This document shows positions 21,879 to 34,532 of a stretch of 64,000 bases of DNA, piece by piece (the first letter of the stretch is position 1; each line of letters opens with the position of its first letter). The DNA is from an uncultured Gammaproteobacteria bacterium (GTDB lineage Bacteria; Pseudomonadota; Gammaproteobacteria; DRLM01): contig CAVSNY010000005.1 of the NCBI GenBank assembly GCA_963729605.1, forward strand, positions 64,001-128,000, in the 5' to 3' direction. Below the pieces are notes generated by a model. The model saw only the letters and a list, made by a program, of their open reading frames with translations, searched no databases and was not told the origin of the DNA. Position numbers and translations under genes: made by a program.

Positions 21879-23062
21879 GCTAGTGTTTCCTTATCAGCGT
21901 TCTGCTCAAATTTGGTAGCAGTTAGCATTCTCCAATCGTGCATCCAAGAAAAAATATTTTCGGCCCTCTTATTCCACGTGTATGCGTGAACGTCTTGCCA
22001 CGCTTGGTCAACGATAGCGGAGCAATCGTTATCAAATATCCATTGAATTTTCTTTGCCAGATCTTCTGGATCATCTGGATTAAATAAAATGGCATTTTCA
22101 CCGTCGCGGAGGATCTCCTGCAATGACGGGATCCTGGAGGCAACGATCGGTTTTCGTGCCGCCATGTACTCAAATAACTTGAGCGGTGAGGTATACGCGC
22201 TCATCGGATCTTTGGAAGAATTCGGCAACACCAGCACATCGGCGGCATCCAAATAACTACGAACTTCGCTCCTTGGTTTGTAACCGAGAATCTCTATACC
22301 TTTCCGCCCTTCCACATATTTTCTGAACGCGGGCAAGGTATCGGGTGAACCGCCAAGAAAAACGACCTTACAATTTGACGGTAGATACTCAATGCAATCC
22401 GCAAGTGTATGAATACCTTTCCACGGAAAGAGGTTGCCTGAATATAGAACGACCTTGTTTCTACGATTTGATTGTTTTTCGCTGAAGATTAATTCATCTT
22501 TCTTCACACCGTCATGCGCGACCAGTACATTTGTGGAGAATCCTTCGTAGAGCATCTTTAAATGGTTATTGATCACCACAATGCCGTTCACATGTTTAGC
22601 GTGCCGCGCCTCCCTCACCGAGAACTTGTGTGCCTCGAAAAATACTTTTTGCTTAATCAGGCCAACTTTTTTTCCGAAAGCAAGCGCAGACAATGTTATG
22701 CTGTCACGAACGAAAACATAGCGATCTTCCGGCGCCTTCATTAAACTTAAAAAGCAAATTATCGAAAAAGAAAGGGCTTCGATTTGAAACCACATGCGAT
22801 CAGATATTTGCCGAACCCATGGTAGATCAATGGATAACAAGCGCTTCAATTTAAAATTTTGGACAACGCCATAATCAAGGAAAGTATTATTAACTGGGTC
22901 AGATAAAGCGCTCTTCGCAGAGTAGTCCCCTCGCCTCGACGGATGCCAAAACTCAACCGAACTAAACAGACCTGCAAAAGCCTCGCACATACAGAAAGAT
23001 TGATAGGTGTTAGCCTTTCTCGATGGTATTTGAGTATTCGAGATATAAATAAGGTCAGCCAA
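21875..23062 (-). CDS. GT4 glycosyltransferase
   Basis: PSRKAN, WKGI, TSPLKLFEYMA; TTG start inferred. Confidence 0.88.
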   Translation of the reverse strand: MADLIYISNTQIPSRKANTYQSFCMCEAFAGLFSSVEFWHPSRRGDYSAKSALSDPVNNTFLDYGVVQNFKLKRLLSIDLPWVRQISDRMWFQIEALSFSIICFLSLMKAPEDRYVFVRDSITLSALAFGKKVGLIKQKVFFEAHKFSVREARHAKHVNGIVVINNHLKMLYEGFSTNVLVAHDGVKKDELIFSEKQSNRRNKVVLYSGNLFPWKGIHTLADCIEYLPSNCKVVFLGGSPDTLPAFRKYVEGRKGIEILGYKPRSEVRSYLDAADVLVLPNSSKDPMSAYTSPLKLFEYMAARKPIVASRIPSLQEILRDGENAILFNPDDPEDLAKKIQWIFDNDCSAIVDQAWQDVHAYTWNKRAENIFSWMHDWRMLTATKFEQNADKETLA

Positions 23063-23696
23063 GTGCGTTCCTCTTCTCGAAAACAACTCCGACATAAGCT
23101 GATAGTCGATTCAACCTAGGCAGTGAGATGCCAGGGCCTTTCATGAAAGCAACCTCAATCGGAACCAAACCAAGGTTGTTCCCGTGACGAAGCATCCCCG
23201 GCAAAAGTGGAAAATGCAAATGATCGCGCGCACCCAAGAACTTATTGATAAAACTGCCAGCGGTAACATCCGAAACAAGTAAATAACTGATTAGTTTTTG
23301 AATAGCGTAGGGATTCGGGAAAGTAATGATGTATCGTCCTCCTAACTTGAGCGAACGGGAGCAATTTTCGAACGCCAACCATGGATTATTCAAATGCTCA
23401 ATCACCTCACACATCACGACAATATCGAAAATATCTTTATAAAGAGCGTCACCACCCAGATCATAAACTGATTTCTTCCGATAGATTATCGATCCATCAC
23501 TAATATAGTTGCCAATCTTTTCAGAGGTATCGATACCGACAATTTCAGATTGGGCCGAGAAATTATTTAAAATCGCATTATGGATAAATGGCTCTGCATA
23601 TTCGCCAATAAACCCGACATCTAAGATACGTGATTTAGCATTGGCTCTGAAAATACTCGCTATTACAAAGTCTACTCTTGATGTATATTTAGCCAC
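23055..23696 (-). CDS. SAM-dependent methyltransferase
   Basis: ILDVG, EVIEHL, GGRYIITFPN; GTG start with upstream GGAGA preferred over the longer overlapping ORF call. Confidence 0.75.
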   Translation of the reverse strand: MAKYTSRVDFVIASIFRANAKSRILDVGFIGEYAEPFIHNAILNNFSAQSEIVGIDTSEKIGNYISDGSIIYRKKSVYDLGGDALYKDIFDIVVMCEVIEHLNNPWLAFENCSRSLKLGGRYIITFPNPYAIQKLISYLLVSDVTAGSFINKFLGARDHLHFPLLPGMLRHGNNLGLVPIEVAFMKGPGISLPRLNRLSAYVGVVFEKRNALG

Positions 23697-23713
23697 GCAC
23701 GTCTCCAATGAAT

Positions 23714-24421
23714 TTATTTCAGTGGCTTTTCGAAGACCGCGAGAATATCGAGTGCATATCGTTCCGGCACGGAATAACCGTCGATGCGTGGTCTTATCGA
23801 TATCAGGCGATCTAGAGGTGTCAGTAAAAGATATAGGACAGTGGATCCTAATGGCCTTAAAAATGGCGGAAGGCAGATCGATGGCAAACGAGTACCGACC
23901 CACGTTAAAAGACCCTCTCCTACCGCTTCCATATGGATGCATTGAAGACCGGAACGAGACCATAACCTCTCCATGGTCTTATGAGTGAACCGCCAATAAT
24001 CATTTGGATCACCATGATACTCATGAATAAATGGCACGCTAACGAATAGCCGCCCACCCGGCTTTAAAACTCTGTAGATCTCCAATGGCGCGACCGTCAA
24101 ATCGTATACATGCTCGAATAGGTGGAACGCCAATACCGCATCGAATGAATCGGAATCCAAAGCGAACGGCTTTTCCACATCGAGCGCAACCACACCCTCG
24201 CTCGCAAATAAATCTGTTTTCAATAGCGTCGAATCAGAAGAAATCCGCAAAAAATTAAAATAAGAATTCTTCCCAGATTTTCCACCTATCTCCAAGATGG
24301 CACCATTAACACTGAATTTAGATAAAGAAAGATTAAAAAGCGTTCGAGACAAACTTTTGCCGTGCAAGAGTTGTCTAGCAACACCAATTGGAGAATGGAA
24401 TTTATGCGTTAATCCGGTCAT
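23714..24421 (-). CDS. SAM-dependent methyltransferase
   Basis: ILEIGG, FEHV, RVLKPGG, HGDPNDYWRFT. Confidence 0.82.
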   Translation of the reverse strand: MTGLTHKFHSPIGVARQLLHGKSLSRTLFNLSLSKFSVNGAILEIGGKSGKNSYFNFLRISSDSTLLKTDLFASEGVVALDVEKPFALDSDSFDAVLAFHLFEHVYDLTVAPLEIYRVLKPGGRLFVSVPFIHEYHGDPNDYWRFTHKTMERLWSRSGLQCIHMEAVGEGLLTWVGTRLPSICLPPFLRPLGSTVLYLLLTPLDRLISIRPRIDGYSVPERYALDILAVFEKPLK

Positions 24422-25494
24422 TTTCCATCCAAAGGAAACGCGTTAATAAGTTTTCCAGTCAGCGCATCGAGTGAATGATCCTTCACCACAATCGAACGCA
24501 TCGCATCTCCTAAAGCTAGTCGATCCACGACCGGCATCTTTGCAATCATCGCTATTTTTTTTGCCAACGTCGCGGGATCATTTTTGGGAATCACGAGGTC
24601 ACTAGAAGCCAGCCCAAAAACATCTCGAAAAGCAGCATTGCTCGTAATTACCACTAATCCGCAACTCATAGCTTCTAACACTGCCTTGTCAATACTGTCG
24701 GTATCACTACTGTTAATGAAAACATCCGCACCATGGTATGCCTCGTGGACCCTATGGAAGGGAAAAGCTTGGTGAAAAGTGACAACCCCGGCGAACGATA
24801 ATTCCTCTGCTTGCTGACGTAGTTGGCGTGCGTAAACTTCCGCCGCTTTCCCTGCCGGATCACCCACGTAGCGCAATTCCAATCTCTGCTGTACCTCGAA
24901 AGGCAGCATGGCAAGAGCCTCTAGAGCTACTTCCAGCCGTTTAACCGGTGATAGGCGACCAACAGTGAGTAGCACGAGTTTTTCTTCGCTATTCTTACGC
25001 GCCATTTTACTCGGAGAGAAACGAGCAACATCGATACCATGCCCTATAAACTGAACCTTATGGGTATTAATCTGAAATCCACTTTTGCTTGCAGACACAA
25101 CTCGATCTACCAACTGCGTGGCCAAACGTAGCAATAGAGAAACGTGCGAATGGGTGTACCAAAGTACAACCGGAATGTTTCTAGATTTCAATAATGGCCA
25201 ACCGAGCACTGCAAATAACGGCATCATGTGAGCGAAGCAGACATCTATTCGCTCAGCACGTAGAACGCGCCAAAGAATCCGGTAGAATTCCAGCAGGCGG
25301 CGAAACTCAGAATATCCTTTCTCTTTACCAACACTTAAAACTTTGACGTTGCCTGCCACCGACAAGCGCCCCTTCATCATCGTAATAACGAAAACTTGCT
25401 CACATTTTTTGGAAAGAGCGTTAATCCAATCGGTTGTAAACCCGAGAACAGAATCGTCAGCGTCTGTTTTTAGGTTAAATATAAGGAGATTCAT
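24418..25494 (-). CDS. GT4 glycosyltransferase
   Basis: GHGID, GRLSPVK, SIDKAVLEAMSCG. Confidence 0.88.
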   Translation of the reverse strand: MNLLIFNLKTDADDSVLGFTTDWINALSKKCEQVFVITMMKGRLSVAGNVKVLSVGKEKGYSEFRRLLEFYRILWRVLRAERIDVCFAHMMPLFAVLGWPLLKSRNIPVVLWYTHSHVSLLLRLATQLVDRVVSASKSGFQINTHKVQFIGHGIDVARFSPSKMARKNSEEKLVLLTVGRLSPVKRLEVALEALAMLPFEVQQRLELRYVGDPAGKAAEVYARQLRQQAEELSFAGVVTFHQAFPFHRVHEAYHGADVFINSSDTDSIDKAVLEAMSCGLVVITSNAAFRDVFGLASSDLVIPKNDPATLAKKIAMIAKMPVVDRLALGDAMRSIVVKDHSLDALTGKLINAFPLDGK

Positions 25495-26662
25495 TTCGCC
25501 GCCCACATTCTTACTAGCGAATCAGCCAGACGCTCTCTGCCAAAAAGTTTTCTGACATATTGGCAAGCTGCTTCGGCAAATTGGTGACGCTTCGAACCAT
25601 CGTTCAACAGGGCTAAGATTCTACTCACCAGGCATTCTCGATCGCCGGGCTGACAGAGATACCCCGTTTTCCCATCCACAATTATATCCTCAGGACCAAT
25701 ACAGGCAGTACTTACCACTGGAAGCCTCGCCATATTAGCTTCGACGATGACCCGACCGAAGCCTTCATAATGAGAGGTAAGTAAAAAGAGATCAGCTGCG
25801 CCATAGACCTCCGGAAGTTTTTGATAAGCGACATTACCAAGGAAAACGAAAGCCGCTGCCAGTCCTTTGCTTTGCACCCGATTTTGAATTTCTTTCCTCA
25901 GTGGACCATCCCCAGCAATGAGAAAACGGGTATCCGGCGCTCGTGCTAAAACTTGCTGAGCAACATCGATCCACAAGTGCATATTTTTCGGAGCATAAAG
26001 ACGACCGACAAATAGCACAACCTTGTTTCCAGACAATGACGGGTGAATGGCAGCTTTACAAAATTCTTTCTCTTCCTTAGTCGGACTAAAACTGACACCA
26101 ACCGGAATGACATGTATAGATTTTACAGGCACTCCGATATTTTCGACGAGCTTACGCTTTTGCTCCTGCGATACCACCCGAACTGCGTCGGCTTTTTTCA
26201 GTAGGCTCGAAGCAATACGCCGGCGCACCGCGTTTAGACGATTTTCTTTGAGCCAGTCAGCGGAGAATAGATCAAAGTGCAGTTGAGGAATGAAACGAGC
26301 GCGGTATCGTCTCGCCAGCCATAAACCGAGCTGACCATCTTCATACGGTTCTTGAGTAGTGATGACCGTAGGCGCCCAACCATCAACACATACCTCGCGC
26401 GAGGCACGAAGAGCATCGATAACAAACAGGGCTCGATGAGCCGATGCGGTACCATATATTTTGAGGTTTGAGACTGGATTGATAAACTGCTGTGACACGA
26501 GCTTCTTGGTATAAGTGAGAATGCGCAATTCGCTGCCAGGGACGTATTGGCTTAAGCTCTCAGCGTAGTAAATGTGACGTTGAAGTGTATCCCCGAATCC
26601 ATTCTGGTTTTCCAGCAGCGTCGGATCTTCGAAAGAATGAGCACACGCAGAGGAGAGTTCAT
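25491..26662 (-). CDS. GT4 glycosyltransferase (apparent -1 frameshift at ~26628)
   Basis: VGRL..PKN, EGFGRVIVEA; ATG at 26662 (MNSPLRVLILSK) joins the main frame (DPTLLENQNGFGDTLQRH) if one base is added. Confidence 0.82.
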
Positions 26663-26667
26663 TGAGT

Positions 26668-27870
26668 TCACGCAGCGCGAGTATGTTGTGAAGTTGGTGT
26701 GGTTGTCTTATTGGAATTTAGCAGTCGCGTTAGCGCATTCTCATAGGCGAGAAAACATTCTTCTTCGTCAAAATGTTTCTCCAACATACGGCGAGCATTG
26801 CTTGTCAGACGATGACAGGTATCAGAGTTACTTAGTAACTTATGAATAGCATTCATAAGACCTTCGTTGTCGCCATAAGTAACCAACAAGCCGGTTTGAT
26901 CGTGCTTGACGACTTCGCCAGTACCTCCGACATCGGTCGCAATGACGGGGACACGAGCCGCCATTGCCTCCAATACAACGTGCGGCAGTCCTTCATAGCT
27001 AGAATTGAGAATAAAAAGGTCAGAAGTCTCCAGCAGAGCACGCACCTTTGACTTGGATATCTGCCCCAGAAAGATAACTCGGTCGGCAATCCCATAACTC
27101 AGAGCCTGCTGTTGAAGCTTGGCCTGCTCGGGGCCCTCACCCGCAATCACCAATCGTGTATTGGGAAGATTGTGTAAAGCTTCTATAAGTCGATCCACGC
27201 CTTTCCATGGCACTAGACGGCAAACAGTAGTGATTGTTTTGCCATGGTACGCGGGAAGAGTGAGTTCATCTGCCGGCTGATCGAGTTGGGTTGAATTGTA
27301 GATGATCTGAAGCGCCCTGTTATTCGTATTCCAGCCGCTGACAATTTTGGCCAGGTAATGACTGGGGGTGATGATGAGGTAAGCGCGAGCAAGGGAAGTG
27401 TCACGGAGTTTATCGAGCAGGCGAAATCGCAATGATTTCGATAAATGCTGATAATCATCAATGGTGCCAGAATACCATTTGCGGACGCGAGCGATTTCCC
27501 AAGCACGGTCACCTACTACTTTGTGCAACTCTGGCTTCCGCAATAGCGTCGCTGCTATACGTGTTTCAAGATCAAGGCCATTAGCAAATACAATATTTGC
27601 AGATTTTCCTAGCTTGTAGATAGCAGAGATGGTGGTCACCAACCGCTTAAGCCGAGACCCACGACGGAGAATGCGATGGACTTTAAAAGGATAGCAGGTG
27701 TCATCATGATCGATGATGTCACTCCAGCAGACAACTTGTACCGTATGCCCTCGTTGCGTTAGCCAATGAGAAATGCGTGGCACAAAGTTGGCCGGGCCAC
27801 CTATATCGGGCGGAAAAATACCGGATAAAATAAGAATGTTCAATCGTGATGTTTTCACATATCTATACAT
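26668..27870 (-). CDS. GT4 glycosyltransferase
   Basis: FPPDIGGPA, RLVPWKG, EGLPHVVLEAMA. Confidence 0.9.
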   Translation of the reverse strand: MYRYVKTSRLNILILSGIFPPDIGGPANFVPRISHWLTQRGHTVQVVCWSDIIDHDDTCYPFKVHRILRRGSRLKRLVTTISAIYKLGKSANIVFANGLDLETRIAATLLRKPELHKVVGDRAWEIARVRKWYSGTIDDYQHLSKSLRFRLLDKLRDTSLARAYLIITPSHYLAKIVSGWNTNNRALQIIYNSTQLDQPADELTLPAYHGKTITTVCRLVPWKGVDRLIEALHNLPNTRLVIAGEGPEQAKLQQQALSYGIADRVIFLGQISKSKVRALLETSDLFILNSSYEGLPHVVLEAMAARVPVIATDVGGTGEVVKHDQTGLLVTYGDNEGLMNAIHKLLSNSDTCHRLTSNARRMLEKHFDEEECFLAYENALTRLLNSNKTTTPTSQHTRAA

Positions 27871-27872
27871 AG

Positions 27873-28827
27873 TTAGTTGGACATAGTCGTATCGGCGCGT
27901 TTTCTCTTAATGGATGAAAATATTACTGCGAACAGGATGCTCATTAACAAGCCCGCAGCAAACCCCATCGCAACAATCATTTTTCGATCCGGTTTACTTT
28001 TCGTCTCAGGCACCACCGCCCGATCGATTATGTTGAATGCATATTGATCCCGCGCGTTGGCGAGCATGATGTTTTTTGTTTGAGCCTCGATCAGTCGATA
28101 GATTGATTGCTGCATTTCCAACACGCTAGTCTTAGCTAATTGATCCTTGAGATAGGCAAGACTCTTCTCAGCCTCTGTAATCGCGGCCTGTTGCTCATGC
28201 CAGTTCAACCGCTCCACCATGAGGTTGGCCCAGAGTGCCGCTTGCTGGGGATCCTTCCACTCGATAGCCAGAGTGATCAGTCCAGTCTTTTTGTCCTGTG
28301 TGATGGTACGGATGTTGTTATCAAAGATTTGATAGGCTTTCCGCAATGTCGGTGTATTTTTGGGATCCTCTACTAGCCATGTTTTATTCTGCGGATCCCA
28401 TATGTCACTAAACAACACTGGTAACAACTTCTCGTCCTGGATAAAGGCATCGGTAAATGCTCGCGACTTCAAAACTGCAATAACCCTGTCCACAGAATTA
28501 CCACCCGAACCGATGTTAATGCCCGCTAATGAGGCGATTCCGCCCAACTCCCCTGCGAGAGCGGACAACCGGCCACCTTCTTCAGGAGAGTACTGGTGCC
28601 AAAGTAACCTCAGCACGATAAATAGGGGGCATCCACCAGGCAATTGCCGCCGACGCGGCCGTCGTAACTAATGTTACTGCTAGAATTAGCCACTTGAACG
28701 AGACCAACACGCGCCACAAATCCAACAAGTTGACCTCATCCTCCGCAACTGCCTCCTGCGGTTGAAGGTAGTACACCACCTGAGAGGGTTCAGCGCTCTT
28801 TGTTGGGCCTTGCTCGTTCATTTGCAT
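27873..28827 (-). CDS. Wzz-family chain-length determinant (apparent +1 frameshift at ~28590)
   Basis: N-part DEVNLLDLW, TM1, P.Y.A; C-part IIDRAVVPE.KSKP and TM2; the two parts are in different frames. Confidence 0.85.
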
Positions 28828-28897
28828 ATCCAGGGTATATCTTGTCTATAACTCATAGATAATTGCATTGTAGTTCTACATCAAATCGAAGCATCGT

Positions 28898-28933
28898 GGA
28901 CTCGAGTTTTTGCGCAATCACTTCCCTATCCAC
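28898..28933 (-). pseudogene. N-terminal stub of a HEPN/DUF86 (HepT-like) toxin
   Basis: GTG-DREVIAQKLES overlaps the MNT gene end and resembles DUF86 N-termini; similarity stops after ~12 codons. Confidence 0.5.
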
Positions 28934-29319
28934 AGTTGCCTCCTGTGCGCGAGAATGCGGTTGCGATAAGGCAGGAAATCCGCATGGTCGAAGACATGTC
29001 TGCGAATCAATTCGCCATACTGCGTATCACTGCCGAGGATTCTTTTACCATACTTTAATACTTGTCCAAGCAGGGGCTCGCCGACGGCACGGATGTCCAC
29101 CAAGTCGACCGGACGGCCGGTTTCCCCCGCCAATTCGGTAATCAACTGTATTTTTTCTTCCGTCGTAAGACGACGGCCCGCATCTACCGCAAGATCAAGA
29201 TCGCTGTCCGCGCGTCCTTTACCTGCCGCCAATGAGCCGAACAAGATCGCCAGGCGTATTTGGGGATACGCGCTTAAGACGGCTAGCAGAGTTTGGTTTA
29301 GTTCGGTGTCGGTGGTCAT
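28918..29319 (-). CDS. Minimal nucleotidyltransferase (MntA-like antitoxin)
   Basis: LFGSLA.G...DSDLDLAV, VDLVD. Confidence 0.88.
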   Translation of the reverse strand: MTTDTELNQTLLAVLSAYPQIRLAILFGSLAAGKGRADSDLDLAVDAGRRLTTEEKIQLITELAGETGRPVDLVDIRAVGEPLLGQVLKYGKRILGSDTQYGELIRRHVFDHADFLPYRNRILAHRRQLWIGK

Positions 29320-29410
29320 GTCGTAGTAATGAATCTCGCCAAGGCGCTTCGCCCCAGGCATTGCTATGTTCCACTTCCCTGCCTCTCTCCCGAGAGGGGA
29401 AAGAACAGCA

Positions 29411-31906
29411 CTAGAGTACACCCACGGCATTCCAGGCCGCGATGGCCAAGCCGAATTGATAGACGATCTGGCTCACGCTGGTCCATAAAGTGAGCGGACG
29501 CAAGCGTTCCACATCCAAGGGCACCACGATGGTATCGCCGGGTTTTATGTGCACTGAACTGCGCTGAAACCACTTGCTGGACTTACTCGCTATCACCGCG
29601 CCGTTGGCGCGCACCACATAAATGCGGTCGTCGTCGGCCTTTTTGGTCAGGCCGCCGCTGGAATTGATGTATTCATCCCGTTTAAGCCCGGCGCGGTACA
29701 GATGCGAAGTGGGATGAAACACTTCGCCAATTACCGTGACCTCTTGCGTGAAAGGCGGAACCACCAAGGTGTCACCTTCTTTTAAGACCACATCGGCTTC
29801 TGGTTTGCCCGCGACTACGGCGGGCAGATCGATCACCAAACGGCCGGCGGCCTTGACCCGTTCCAGTTGGCTGGACAAGTCTTTCATGATTTGCAGTTCT
29901 TGTAGTTGATCGGCCTTGGTCTCCACCTGCATCTGTTGCAGGCTGAGGCTCGCCAAATCCTCCTGCAAGCGTTGCTGCAAGGTGTCCAACTGCTCCTGTT
30001 CACGCCGGCGCAGTTCTTCGCGCATGAATACCGCGCCGTCGGCGTAGGCGTAATCGGTGAGCCCGCCGGCGCGGGCGATCACGCTGCTGAGGGTTTCGCC
30101 GCGGCGAATCGGATAAGTGCCGGGAAAACGCACCTCTCCGCTGAGTTTTATTTGTCCTTGCGCCGCCCACTGCGGCACTTCCTTCACATTGAGATGATCG
30201 TGCGGATGCAGCGCCACGTCCGCGCCGGGCTTGCCGGCCAGAGCATCACCCAAATTGATCTTTTGCAGTTGCACCTCGCGGTATTCGCCGTTGACCACGC
30301 CATAACGGGTCAACTCGGCCTCCAGGGAGTAGGCCGCCTCACCCAGTTGTCCGCCCGCCCGCAGCAAATCGCTGACGCGCATATCGGCTTCCAGCGGATA
30401 TGTGCCGGGAAAACGCACATTGCCATCTACCGTCACTACCGGTGACGGCTGTTCCAAACTCGCTTGTTGGGTAAGCTGGTCCACTAGTTCCTCGATCACC
30501 TCGCCCCGGGCTTGGGTGGCGCCGAACACCAACACTTCATCGCGCGGGGCCAACCGCACGTCGGCGGACGAGCCCGGCTGATCCAAGGCTTTGCGCAAAC
30601 TGGCGGAGAACACCAGGATGCGCCGATCCGGCTTCAGCTCGCGCTTGATCACCAGGTAATCCAAGTCGGGCTTGGGCATCAATTCGTCCGGCGAGGCGAT
30701 CAAATTACTCAAGCGCATGCCTTCCCGCCATTGATACCCGCCGGGGCGCTGCACGTGGCCGGAGAGCAAGACGACGCCTTCCATATTTTCCAATATGGAA
30801 TGGACTCGTAAGACATCGCCATTTTGTACCGGCGTGGCGAGCACGGCCGGCGCGCTTAAATTCACATCCAGCAAGGTCCGTTCGCGCTGATTGTTGATCC
30901 GCTCCAATTGAGCGCCGGTCGGATACGCCGTGGAGAGCAGGCCGCCGCTGAAGGCGAGCGCCTCCCCGAGGGTCTTTTCGTGTTTCATTTCGTAAATCGC
31001 CGGACGCTTCACCTCACCCGCTACCCCGACCGTGGCGCCGATGGGCGGGACGAAGATGACGTCGCCCGGTTGCAGGCGGGCGTCGGCGCGGGTATCGCCG
31101 CGCAACAGGAGATCGTAAAGATCCAGGCGGGTGATTATTTCGCCGTTGCGTTTGAGTTGTATGTCGCGCAGCGACCCGATGGGTTTGACGCCGCCGCTCA
31201 CGAGCAAGGCATTGGTCATGGTGGACAGGCCGCTCACCGTGTAGGAGCCGGGCTGTTGCACGTCACCCAGCACGAAGACGCGGATGGAGCGCAGCGGGCC
31301 CAGGCTGATGTTCGCCCGCACGCCGATCAATTGCTGCTCCACCCGCTGCATGAGGTTGTCTTTGAGTTCGGGGAAACGCAGTCCCGCCACCGGCACCGGC
31401 CCAATGCCGGGGAAATTCAAGGTGCCGTCGCGACCCACCGGCAGGGTGTATTCAGCGTTGTCCTTGCCGAATAATTGCACTTGCACCATGTCGCCGGGAC
31501 CGACGATGTATTCGGCGGGCACCGGAATGTCGGTGGCCGGGGCAAAGGTGGTGGGGGAACCGGCGAAGAGATCGTAGCCGAATTGTTTGAGGCTCTGGCT
31601 ACTCTTTTGAGTTTTTTGTTTCTCGCTGAGCGAGGACTCATCCGCCGTTTTGCTTGCCTCCTCCATGGGAGAGGTCGGCTGCGTCGTGCGCGGTTTGGTT
31701 AATTCGGGAAATGCCGGCGCGGCTTGGGTCCGGCCCGCGCCCTCCCGTTGGTTGAGCAGCTCCTGGGCCTTGGCCTGCTCCTCCGGGGACAACTGCTGGA
31801 ATAGCTGGCGCTGTTCGGGGGTGAGCTCCACCGCCTGCACGGCCCATGCGAACCCGCAGGTCAGCACGACTCCCAATACGCCTTGAAAGACTTTCCTAGA
31901 CTTCAA
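29411..31906 (-). CDS. Polysaccharide export protein with multiple SLBB domains (Wza/KpsD-like)
   Basis: Signal peptide, QFGYDLF, YIVGPGD, repeated G.V..PG.Y SLBB motifs. Confidence 0.9.
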   Translation of the reverse strand: MKSRKVFQGVLGVVLTCGFAWAVQAVELTPEQRQLFQQLSPEEQAKAQELLNQREGAGRTQAAPAFPELTKPRTTQPTSPMEEASKTADESSLSEKQKTQKSSQSLKQFGYDLFAGSPTTFAPATDIPVPAEYIVGPGDMVQVQLFGKDNAEYTLPVGRDGTLNFPGIGPVPVAGLRFPELKDNLMQRVEQQLIGVRANISLGPLRSIRVFVLGDVQQPGSYTVSGLSTMTNALLVSGGVKPIGSLRDIQLKRNGEIITRLDLYDLLLRGDTRADARLQPGDVIFVPPIGATVGVAGEVKRPAIYEMKHEKTLGEALAFSGGLLSTAYPTGAQLERINNQRERTLLDVNLSAPAVLATPVQNGDVLRVHSILENMEGVVLLSGHVQRPGGYQWREGMRLSNLIASPDELMPKPDLDYLVIKRELKPDRRILVFSASLRKALDQPGSSADVRLAPRDEVLVFGATQARGEVIEELVDQLTQQASLEQPSPVVTVDGNVRFPGTYPLEADMRVSDLLRAGGQLGEAAYSLEAELTRYGVVNGEYREVQLQKINLGDALAGKPGADVALHPHDHLNVKEVPQWAAQGQIKLSGEVRFPGTYPIRRGETLSSVIARAGGLTDYAYADGAVFMREELRRREQEQLDTLQQRLQEDLASLSLQQMQVETKADQLQELQIMKDLSSQLERVKAAGRLVIDLPAVVAGKPEADVVLKEGDTLVVPPFTQEVTVIGEVFHPTSHLYRAGLKRDEYINSSGGLTKKADDDRIYVVRANGAVIASKSSKWFQRSSVHIKPGDTIVVPLDVERLRPLTLWTSVSQIVYQFGLAIAAWNAVGVL

Positions 31907-32016
31907 GCTGCGGAACCCCTCTGTTCATAGCCATCGTAGTCATGCCGTCAGCATCTCCTTCGCCAGTAAGGACCGAAGAAATCTACCACAATACAAGCAG
32001 ATAAAATACCCGGCAC

Positions 32017-33071
32017 GGTGATTTTTCCGATATGGCGAGTGTTGCATGGCTTCTTCCATCTGCGGGAGAAGGACATGAATGGCGCATCGGAAAATAATGC
32101 GGGCTGAATAAACGATCAGCGGAATGGACCCCCGCCGGTTCAACAAAGAGCAAACCACCCCGGCCCTGCGGGCCACCCCTCCTTGTAACAAGGAGGGGAG
32201 AACATTACAAACAACGACCACGCACGGGGTTAGTTCGCGGTGCAGATCAAACTCCGATACCCCCCTCCCCTCCGAAGAGAGAAATATTTCGACGTCCCCG
32301 CGCGACGCTCGCACGATCAAGCTCGACAACTCCCCTCCTCTCCGAGGAGGGGTGGCCCGCAGGGCCGGGGTGGTGCGCATCAAAATCATCCGCCCTCGAA
32401 TCACTCAATACCGCCATTGCCACTGCACATCCACGTGATTTTCCGATATGGCGGGTGAGAGAAATATTTCGACGTCCCCGCGCGACGCCTGCACGATCAA
32501 ACTCCGATGACTCCCCTCCTCTCCGAGGAGGGGTGGCCCGCAGGGCCGGGGTGGTGCGCATCAAAAATCATTCGCCCTCGAATCATTCAATACCGCCATT
32601 GCTACTGCACATCCAGGTGATTTTTCCGATAGGGCAGGTGTTACATGGCCTCTTCATCTGCGGGAAAAGAGCATGAATGGCGCATCGGAAAATAATGCGG
32701 GCTGAATTAACGATCAGCGGAATGGACCCTCGCCGGTTCAACAAAGAGCAAACCACCCCGGCCCTGCGGGCCACCCCTCCTTGTAACAAGGAGGGGAGAA
32801 CATTACAAACGGCGATCACGCACGGGAGTTAATTCGCGGCGCGGATCAACTCCGATAACTCCCTGAGAATCGAAACCGGCCGCCGCGTTGTAATAGCGTT
32901 AATTCCGCGGTGCAGATCAAACTCCGACAACTCCCCTCCGAAGAGAGGAATATTTCGACGTCACCGTGCGGCACTTGCGCGATCAAACTCCGATAACTCC
33001 CCTCCTCCCCGAGGAGGGGTGGCCCGTAGGGCCGGGGTGGTGCGCATCAAAATCATTCGCCCTCGAATCAT

Positions 33072-33100
<29 letters not shown>
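32017..33100. repeat. Nested tandem duplication (~600-bp unit) with five two-hairpin elements (plus 32154, 32752; minus 32330, 32511, 32997)
   Basis: 32017-32615 and 32616-33100 align; an internal ~180-bp duplication is also present; the unit includes the last 29 nt of wzi. Confidence 0.9.

Positions 33101-34532
<1,432 letters not shown>

Noticed and set aside
23697-23963. N-terminal extension of the 23055 ORF (also extensions called for manC, wzi, gph, rmuC, hpnE)
   Set aside because: They overlap neighbouring genes or repeats; downstream starts fit the protein families better.
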